Source: an uncultured virus (IMG/VR IMGVR_UViG_3300044723_003200) (lineage: Duplodnaviria > Heunggongvirae > Uroviricota > Caudoviricetes). Taken from it: a stretch of DNA of 20,000 nt. The notes under the pieces were generated by a model. It saw nothing but the letters and a program-made list of their open reading frames with translations. It was not told where the DNA came from and ran no database searches. A program made the translations under genes and the position numbers. The stretch's first letter is position 1; every line of letters begins with the position of its first letter. The stretch is from IMG/VR virus record IMGVR_UViG_3300044723_003200; one strand, 5' to 3'. Positions 1-8,600 of this stretch are shown piece after piece.

Positions 1-336
1 AGGACGAGGAACTCAGCATATAGCGCAAACTATCAGAGAACACGAACCTCTATATACAGTGCGAACTATCAGAGGACACGTATAAGTACTTATACCAGAA
101 CATCTACACGGGACTCTCTTAACAACTTTACCCGTATATCGACCCGTGATAATATTGTGGTTCGTTCAAGTGCTTACAGTAGGACGAGGGTTAGCCTTAC
201 CACATTTACCGGAGACTTTGTGGGTAACTTTGTTGGTGATTTTGTCGGTAACTACCTTGGAAACTATGTTGGCACAACGATTGACTCAGGAACGTCAACT
301 ATAACAACCTTTACATTATATCAAAGGACAGCCTAA
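1..336 (+). CDS. 3' end (111 aa visible) of a Thr/Ser/Arg/Tyr-rich repeat protein, probably a virion fibre or spike component; 5' truncated by the window
   Basis: Absent from the ORF track. Frame 1 is open from base 1 to TAA at 334-336: RTRNSAYSANYQRTRTSIYSANYQRTRISTYTRTSTRDSLNNFTRISTRDNIVVRSSAYSRTRVSLTTFTGDFVGNFVGDFVGNYLGNYVGTTIDSGTSTITTFTLYQRTA*. The repeats are at peptide level with synonymous codon variation. The function is inferred from composition and context. Confidence 0.75.
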   Translation, partial: RTRNSAYSANYQRTRTSIYSANYQRTRISTYTRTSTRDSLNNFTRISTRDNIVVRSSAYSRTRVSLTTFTGDFVGNFVGDFVGNYLGNYVGTTIDSGTSTITTFTLYQRTA

Positions 337-343
337 ACTTTGA

Positions 344-351
344 TATACATA
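344..351 (+). promoter_or_regulatory. Probable T4-type late promoter variant (TATACATA) upstream of the hypothetical-glycosyltransferase-oxygenase cluster
   Basis: One mismatch to TATAAATA, in the short intergenic gap after the stop at 336. Confidence 0.5.
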
Positions 352-376
352 TTTGTGAATGTCGATGGAGAATATA

Positions 377-829
377 ATGGCAGACAGAAAATGGTTAGAT
401 AATGCTTTTTGGGAGACTCCTCAAAAAGAACTCTTGAATGCTATCAGTGAGACCACTGAGAACAATCGCGAGGTTCGTCAAGTACACAAGATCCCCAAGA
501 CCAACGAAGACGGCACCGAGAACGAAATGTTCAAAGAAGTGCTTGAGTATCTTGGTGAGGATGTGATTGATGCGTCCAGCAAGAAACGCCTGGAAAAAAA
601 GCAGGCCGAAGCTGAGATGGAGAAGGAGAAACAACTCGAACAAGAACGAGCACGTAAACTCGAAAAACTGTTTGAGTACAAACTGGAAACCTTTGAAGTC
701 CCAGAAATCAAGGAATCCAAGAATCGTCTGTTGAAGTCTAAACTCAGGCGTTCTAAGTCTATTCCTGAAGTCAACCTATACGCCATGCTGATCGTGAAGG
801 ACACTATTGATAATGCAGAATCAGAGTAA
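377..829 (+). CDS. Hypothetical charged, helical protein (about 150 aa) with a central coiled-coil-like stretch
   Basis: Track ORF 359..829. ATG at 377 is preferred because GGAG at 367-370 is a well-spaced Shine-Dalgarno. E/K-rich segment SKKRLEKKQAEAEMEKEKQLEQERARKLEKL. Its stop overlaps the start of the next gene. Confidence 0.8.
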   Translation: MADRKWLDNAFWETPQKELLNAISETTENNREVRQVHKIPKTNEDGTENEMFKEVLEYLGEDVIDASSKKRLEKKQAEAEMEKEKQLEQERARKLEKLFEYKLETFEVPEIKESKNRLLKSKLRRSKSIPEVNLYAMLIVKDTIDNAESE

Positions 830-1559
830 AGGATTCGTAATTGTTGCATCTAACAATGTAAACTTTTACGTCTACGCAGTCAACCTCATTGAGTCCATCA
901 AGGACTGGTATCCTGAAGCACAAATCACTCTTGTAACCGAAGAGCGTTTCATCGATGAACGTGCGGATGAGGCTGATAACATCATCTTCTGTGATAACCA
1001 TTATAGGGCTAAACTCTGGGGTATGGCGCAATCTCCATATGATATCACGATGTATGTTGACGCTGACATGGACTGTGAGCACGAAGATATTGCAAAGGTC
1101 TGGGATGAGATGAAAGACTATGATATGGTCTTTCATGAGTTGACTGAAGAGCGTGAAAAGTTCTATGCTATCCGAGAGTTTCGATACAAGGGTAGGATGG
1201 AAAAATATACTCTGTGTGGTGGCGTTTGTTTATATCGTAGTAGTAATCCTCTGGTCATGGAATTCATGCGAGAGTGGTTTGAACTGTTCAACAAACAAAT
1301 GAACAACATATGGGAACCAGAGGGGTTTGACAAAAAGCAGTGGAACAATGATCTGAAACACTTCGATCAGACAACGCTGTGGTGGCTGACTGAAAAGGTA
1401 GATAAATATAAAGATCTCAAGATTGGTATCTTTGAGGATGACATTCGATGGAATTACTTTACTCAATATCAATACGAGAATCTACACTCTAAAGAAGGCA
1501 AACCACCAATCCTGAGACACTACTCTGGATCACTGCATAAGGATCGACTCTTGGTATGA
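813..1559 (+). CDS. GT-A fold glycosyltransferase, GT8-like
   Basis: N-terminal strand-helix GFVIVAS...YAVNLIESIK, DxD motif YVDADM, and GT8-like downstream motifs CGGVCLY, FDQTTL, IRWNY and ILRHYSG. Start is ATG 813 or TTG 807 (SD AAGGA at 797-801). ATGA overlap with the next gene. Confidence 0.8.
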   Translation: MQNQSKGFVIVASNNVNFYVYAVNLIESIKDWYPEAQITLVTEERFIDERADEADNIIFCDNHYRAKLWGMAQSPYDITMYVDADMDCEHEDIAKVWDEMKDYDMVFHELTEEREKFYAIREFRYKGRMEKYTLCGGVCLYRSSNPLVMEFMREWFELFNKQMNNIWEPEGFDKKQWNNDLKHFDQTTLWWLTEKVDKYKDLKIGIFEDDIRWNYFTQYQYENLHSKEGKPPILRHYSGSLHKDRLLV

Positions 1560-2230
1560 AAGATGTTCCGATTGAAAATAAAGATGTTCTGGTTGCACTG
1601 GACAACTTTCTTTGGTATTATGAAAACAAGGATATCGTAGCAAAGACTCTGAGACTGCATGGCGAACCTGATAAACGGGAACACTACATATCTGCGAAAT
1701 ATCGGGACTCTGTCATTGCAGAAGATGAACGTCATGAGGGATTCCCCGAAGATTGCTATGCGTATGCTTTGAAGTCAGATAGGTTGCACTTTGATGATGA
1801 ACACAATACATCACCATTAGCAGCCAGTTTCTACTCACGGTACAGTCAGTACAATGAAGAATTGTGCACCCTGTTATCAACACGTAACAATGCACTGACG
1901 CAACTATACCCGCCAGGCGGATACATCTCTTGGCACAACAATGCGAATGCCTCTGCCTACAACATCATTTTCTCATGGTCTGAGACCGGAGAAGGAAACT
2001 TTCGATATGTTGATGGACATACCGGCAGAGAAGTCGTGATGCAGGATAAGAAAGGGTGGCAGTGCAAAGCAGGATATTTCGGAGCCTATGGGGAACCTTG
2101 GTACAATAGAGTCTATCATGCTGCGGAAACTGACTGTTGGAGGATCACTGTGTCCTACATGTTTGATCGTAGTGACATGGCCTCTGGTCTCCAAGAGGAC
2201 ATTATAGAGGAAATAATGTCCGATTTCTAG
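1556..2230 (+). CDS. 2OG-Fe(II) oxygenase-like (double-stranded beta-helix) protein with an H-x-N first motif
   Basis: YPPGGYISWHNN (His codon at 1934), distal His in YHAA (2117), and R-x-T in WRITVS (Arg at 2141) follow the HxD...H...RxS layout of this superfamily. Confidence 0.7.
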   Translation: MKDVPIENKDVLVALDNFLWYYENKDIVAKTLRLHGEPDKREHYISAKYRDSVIAEDERHEGFPEDCYAYALKSDRLHFDDEHNTSPLAASFYSRYSQYNEELCTLLSTRNNALTQLYPPGGYISWHNNANASAYNIIFSWSETGEGNFRYVDGHTGREVVMQDKKGWQCKAGYFGAYGEPWYNRVYHAAETDCWRITVSYMFDRSDMASGLQEDIIEEIMSDF

Positions 2231-2251
2231 TTCGTTCAACGACCCAATCCT

Positions 2252-2259
2252 TATAAATA
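2252..2259 (+). promoter_or_regulatory. T4-type late promoter (gp55-dependent)
   Basis: Exact TATAAATA in the intergenic region upstream of the adaptor and fibre genes. Confidence 0.85.
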
Positions 2260-2298
2260 AACAAAGAAAATAAATGTTTTTTATACGGGTTATAATCG

Positions 2299-2664
2299 AT
2301 GCTACCGAACTACGAAGACATCACCATTCAGCAAGGCACAGATGTAGCAATAGAAGTACATCTGGTCACTGATAGTGACGGAGCGTTCAATCTGACCAAC
2401 AGGTCAGTCGCTGCGAAGATGAAAAGAAACTACGCTGACTCTGCTGATGATCCTGATACAGTAGCCTTCAATGCAATTGTAGCTACCCCTCCCAGTGATG
2501 GTATCGTCACACTCTCTTTAACCAACACCCAAACTGATGCCTTAAAAACCCGTGGGCGATATGTATATGATGTAGAGATATCTTATACTGACAGTGATGA
2601 AAATACTATCATTCAACGAGTCCTTGAAGGACAGATTGAAGTTTCACCGTCTGTCACGAAATAA
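2299..2664 (+). CDS. Small beta-sandwich virion protein (BppU-N-like, possible fibre adaptor), 121 aa
   Basis: Motifs ITIQQGTD, GIVTLSLTNTQT, GRYVYDVEI and RVLEGQIEVSPSVT resemble small structural proteins found before fibre genes in aquatic T4-like phages. Recognised from memory, not searched. Confidence 0.6.
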   Translation: MLPNYEDITIQQGTDVAIEVHLVTDSDGAFNLTNRSVAAKMKRNYADSADDPDTVAFNAIVATPPSDGIVTLSLTNTQTDALKTRGRYVYDVEISYTDSDENTIIQRVLEGQIEVSPSVTK

Positions 2665-2676
2665 AGGAAAGACCTA

Positions 2677-5600
2677 ATGGCTGAGAAGATCATTGTAAAG
2701 AAGGTAGTAGTCGGAACACCCATAAAACGGGTAACGGCAGGTGCTTTTGCTATCTCAAACTTGGGTGGTGTTGATGTAACTGCTACGGAATCCGATGGTT
2801 CTATTCTTGCTTACAATCAAGTAAGCGGAAAATACGAGGTAACTAATCTCCGCACTGATGCAAATATCACTGCCGAGTTTGACAGCGAACAAAATAAATA
2901 TACTTTCGGCTTGACAAATACTTCTTTTACTGGTAGTATTATCCCTGATAGCAACGAAGCATACGACCTTGGTAGTTCATCCAACAAATGGCGTGACCTC
3001 TATCTCAGTGGAGATACAATCGTCCTTGGATCAATATCCTTAAAAGACAGTGGTGGTCAATTAGTCTTTGTTGACAGTGATGGAAACAAGACAGGTCTTG
3101 GTCTAAGCCTCATAACCAACAACACCAGTATTCTATCTCTGGATAGTGACACGGGTGTATTTACATTCAACGACTCTGACATTGCACGAACAGATGTCAA
3201 CGAAGTATTTCACGCTGGCCTGACAGTCAACGGCGGCGCAACTGTCGATAGTGCGACCATCACAACTCTCGCCAACACAACTTTAATTGGTAGTCAAGCC
3301 ACTCTTGATAGTGCCAATATCGGTACGCTTCGGGTTACAGGTAATACTGTGCTTGATGGCAATCTGACTATCAGTGGTACTCAGACGATAATCAATACTG
3401 AGACTATCAATCTAGCCGACAACACGATCATTCTCAACTCTAATGCAACCGGCACTCCCACAGAAGATGCCGGTATTGAGATTGAACGGGGTGACCTCGC
3501 AAATGTATCCATTCTATGGGATGAGGGGGAGAAACACTGGACACTAGGCAGCGAAAATTTAGTAACAACTGGTAAACTTCTCTTCGGTAATGTTTATGAT
3601 TCAGAGGGGGCTCTTCCGTCCGCATCTGTCTATCATGGTATGTACGCACATGTGCACGCTACTGGTCGTGGATACTTTGCCCATGCGGGTGACTGGCACA
3701 AACTGATTGATTCGGACACCACAACAAGACAACAGGTCTATACTCTGTCCTCTGAAGTCGCTGACATCACCGATGGTACAATCACTACTCTTTATAACAG
3801 TAACTTATCTGGTGGTCAGGCCACGTTTGATAGTGCACACTCTACGAATCTTACGGCAGCCACGGCTACCCTAGACTCTGCAACGGCAACTAATCTTGCA
3901 AGTACTACACTTACGGGTGGCACTGCCACATTTGACTCCGCGACAGTAACAAACCTAGCAACAACCGAACTGACTGGATCTCAAGCAACCTTTGACTCTG
4001 CGACAGTAACAAACCTAGCAACAACCGAACTGACTGGATCTCAAGCAACCTTTGACTCTGCGACGATCACAAACATCAGATTCGACAATATTGATGCACA
4101 GACAACGGCAACGATTAGAAACATATTCAGTGCTTCGGGTGATCTGTCATATGATAGTGCAACTGGTCAGTTCTCCTTTGATGTTGAAACAGTATACACT
4201 AAGGCTAACTTCGATAGTGATTTGGGTGATGCGAATACAGGACAACTACCTGAAGGCACCAACTTATATTATACTACCGCACGAGCAGACAGTGACTTCG
4301 ATGTTAGACTTGCAACAAAAACAACATCGGATGTTGCAGAGGGCACAAATCTCTACTACACTCAGGTAAGGTTCGACTCTGCGTTTGGTGATAAGACCAC
4401 TACGGACTTGACCGAAGGTACGAACCTTTACTATACCACTGCACGATTCGATGCTGCACTTGCTACTAAAACAACAGCGGATGTTGCCGAACATAATAGT
4501 AATCTTTACTATACTACTGCACGAGCAGATAGTGACGCAAAGGCATCATTACTTGTAAACGATACGGGTGGTGATGGGTCTCTGACCTATGACAGTGCTA
4601 CAGGTGTCTTTACCTATACTGGGCCCAGTGCGGCAGAGGTAAGGGCACATTTGAGTGCTAGTGGAGATTTATCCTACAATAGTTCTACTGGTGTATTCAG
4701 TGTTGATATAGAGGATGTCTATACTCAGGCAAACTTTGATAGTGACTTCCTGAAGAGACTAGAATCACAGATTGATAGTGCGGGTATTACCACATTAACG
4801 AATACTAATGCAACTATCACAAGCCTGACCGGAAGTCAAGCAACTTTTGACTCTGCAAACATTACCTCTCTAGGTGCAGTAGCAGGTGTTGATGCGACAA
4901 CCACATCAACAATCCGTGGATTGTTCAGTTCATCCGGTGACTTAACCTATAACAGTGGAACAGGTCAGTTCTCCTTTGATGTAGAAGATGTCTACACCAA
5001 GGCAAACTTTGACTCTGATCTGGGAGATGCCAACACAGGGCAACTACCTGAAGGGAGTAATCTCTACTATACGGACGCAAGAGCAAGAAATGCAATCGGT
5101 CTGTCTGATGTTGGTGGGGATGGTTCACTTACATACGATTCGGCAACGGGTAGATTTACCTACACCGGCCCGAGTGCTGCGGAAGTAAGAGCACACTTAA
5201 CTGCAAACAAAGGACTCTCTGTATCTAATGGAGAGTTCAATATTGACTCAGCAAATGTCAGAGGGATGTTCTCTGCAAGTGGAAGTCTAAGTTATAACTC
5301 ATCTACAGGTGCTTTCTCCTATACGGATTCAGATAGAACGGCATCTCAGATAAAGGGATTATTCTCTGCGACTGATGCTGGTGGTGATGGAAGTTTCTCA
5401 TATAGTGATGGGGTCTTTACTTACACAGGGCCTTCTGCTTCAGAAGCAAGAGCGCATTTCTCTGGTGGAACTGGCGTCACAATCACTGATGGTTCGATTG
5501 CGATTGGTCAGTCTGTTGGAACGACAGACAATGTAACCTTCGCACAAACCACCATGGATTCAGCCATTGTTGATGGTGTTAACTTTAATGTTCTAACATC

Positions 5601-8600
5601 AAGACATACAAATGCTGCTGGAACATTGTATTTTGACTCTGATCATCAAAAGGGTCTATCACTTGTTCTTGATACTCAGAATAATCCGAATCCAGATGTA
5701 ACTCTTAATATTGGTCAAGAGATATTCCTCTATGTCCATAACTTAACTGGTGCTCAGATTGACAACGGTCAAGCAGTCTATATCTCTGGAACTGCACACG
5801 GTAAACACCCTCAAGTATCTCTTGCGAGAGCGGATGCGTCTGGAACTGCTCAACCTACTGGTCTTGCGACTATGGATATTCCAGATGGCGCACACGGTTG
5901 GGTAACTCGTTATGGTATCGTCCGTGATGTAAACACTGGTGGTCTGACTGCTGGTTCGACATTATATCTTTCCGCTGATTCTGCTGGTGAGTGGACAACA
6001 ACAGAAGTCACTGTGGATACTGGTTATCCATATCATATTGGTCGTATTCTAACCGCTGACTCAACCGCTGGCACAATCCTTGTAGATGGTTTCAGTGAAC
6101 ACTACGAATATCTGCGTATTGAAGATAGACTGAAAGTCTCCGGTAGACTTGAAGCTGATTCGGCATCACTTCTGAATGTTCAGTTTGATATTACAACCTT
6201 TGATTCACATCAACCATATAGTGAAGGTCTGTTATATTACGATAATGCACACAAGACACTGAACTATAATGATGACATCACTGGTATGGTTCACGAGATT
6301 GGTCTCCAAGAACACCAGCGTGTATTCAACAATAGTGGCGCAACCATTAAGAAAGGTAATGCACTATACTTTAGTGGTAACTACACATCAGGCGATATTG
6401 ACGTTCCGACTGTTGGTCTTGCAGATGCAACAGATGTAAACGCATATAACGCTCAAGGTATTGCTGCTCAAGATATTCCAAACAACTCTTATGGTCACTG
6501 TTTGATTGCTGGTCAGTTGACTAATGTTAATACTGCACACTTGAGTGACGGAACTAACTTCTTCGTGTCCGTGACTACACCTGGCTCACACCAGAATGCA
6601 TCTCCGACATATCCAAACTTCCCTATGTGTTTAGGTTGGGTTGTTAAAACTGGTGATTCAGACAATGGTATCTTACTTGTCAATCAACAGAATCACTCTG
6701 TTCGTTCTTTCCGTGTTCAAACTTCTGCACATATTGGTACAGACTTACAGGTTGATGGTAACTTAACGATTTTAGGTAGTCAGACCACTGTAGGTACATC
6801 TAATGTAACTCAGGGTGCGCCATTCTATCGTCTTAATGAAGGTGATGCGATTGGTGAAGCAGGAACGACATTTACTGGTTCTGGCCTTGACGATGCGTTC
6901 TTTGCTGGTCACTTTACTGGAACATCTTCACAAACCTACTATGTCAAGATTGATGGTGTAGGAACTGGTGGTGGTGGCGTTGATACTTTTGCGGTTGCTC
7001 TTGGTAGTGATAGTGAGTTTGCATCTCCTGTTCTTACAAAACAGAATATTACAGGTGACGCACAACTTATTCACTCTGCGGATAATATCTCCGTTGAGTT
7101 TGGTGCGACTACAGGCCACGATAGTGGTGATAGATGGTCTGGTACTGCTTCTCCTGTTAATGTAGATACTGGTTTCTTCACAAACCGAAACACTGGAACA
7201 AGTGGTGTCGGTTATACCCATATGGGTCTATGGTTTGATGTCACTGACGAGAAATGGAAACTCGTAGACGAATATGACTCAACACCTACAGGAACAATTA
7301 ACACTGCGGATTCCTCATTCAGTCTTGCGACTCTAGTTGCAGATACGTTTGAAGGTAGTCTGATTGGTGCGGTAACAGGTAATGCTCAAACTGCTTCTGC
7401 TCTTGCAAGTGGTCAAAACTTCTCCTTAACAGGTGATATCACTGCATCTGCTGTATCCTTTGATGGAACAGGTGCGGTTCAATTGACAACCGCATACAAC
7501 CCTGGCTCTATTGTTAACGCAGACATCAATGCTGCTGCTGCGATTGCGGATTCTAAACTCGCAACCATTAGTACTGCGGGTAAGGTAAACAACTCTGCGA
7601 CCACTGCTACTGATGCAAATACTGGTTCTGCGATTGTAACACGTGATGCATCTGGTAACTTTGCGGCAGGAACGATTACTGCTGAACTAGATCGTTCTGC
7701 AAACACTACGGTTGAGGCTGGGGTCTACGGATCAACCACTGCAATCCCTGTATTGACGATTGACTCGAATGGTTATGTTGATAGTGCAGGAACGGTTGGC
7801 GTATCTGGTATCACGGGTGTTGACTTTGATAGTTCAAACGGTACTCTGACCATTCAGACTTCCACTGGTAACTTTACGGATGTACTTACGCTTGATCCGT
7901 TTACTACTGCGGATTTGACTGAAAATACAAACCTCTATCATACGGATGCCAGAGCAAGGGCAGCCATTTCCGTGACCGATGCGGGCGGTGATGGTTCACT
8001 CGCCTACAACGATGGTACGGGTGTACTGACATACACTGGCCCTAGTGCTTCCGAAGTAAGAGCGCATCTAACCGCCAACAAGGGTCTGTCTGTAACATCA
8101 GGTGAGTTCAACATTGACTCTGCTAATGTTCGTGGTATGTTCTCTGGTGGTACGGGTATCACATACAACTCCGGTACTGGTGCGATTACCACAACCGATG
8201 GTGACATTGTCCACGACAACTTGAGTGGATTTGTTGCTAACGAACACATCGATCACACTTCAGTCTCCGTGACTGCGGGTGCAGGTTTGACTGGTGGTGG
8301 TACTATTGCCGCAACCAGAACTATTGATGTAGTTGGTGGTAAGGGTATCATTGCGAATGCAAATGATATTCAGATAGACTCTGCGAATGTCCGAGGAATG
8401 TTCTCCGCTGGTGGTGATCTAGCATACAACAGTGGTACTGGTGAGTTTAGTGTAACGAAGTTCACTACAGCAGACGCAAGAAGTGCTATATCAGCAGGAG
8501 GTGATTTATCATATAATTCATCGACTGGTGTAATGAGCTATACAAAACAGACTGCAAGTGAATTGTTGACTGCGGTTAAAACTGTAGACGGTGCATCAAG

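Noticed and set aside
813..2230. Glycosyltransferase plus oxygenase as a TET/JBP-type DNA hypermodification pair
   Set aside because: The context is late and structural, and the oxygenase lacks the HxD motif expected of TET/JBP enzymes. Demoted rather than disproved.
2274..2296. ATGTTTTTTAT shared with the antisense promoter spacer, and a TATAAT at 2291-2296
   Set aside because: Low-complexity AT-rich match with no -35 box at suitable spacing.
3931..4064. Tandem repeat considered as a CRISPR array or a diversity-generating retroelement repeat pair
   Set aside because: There are no spacers, the 60-bp period is in frame within a CDS, there are no adenine-specific mismatches, and no cas or reverse transcriptase gene is in the window.
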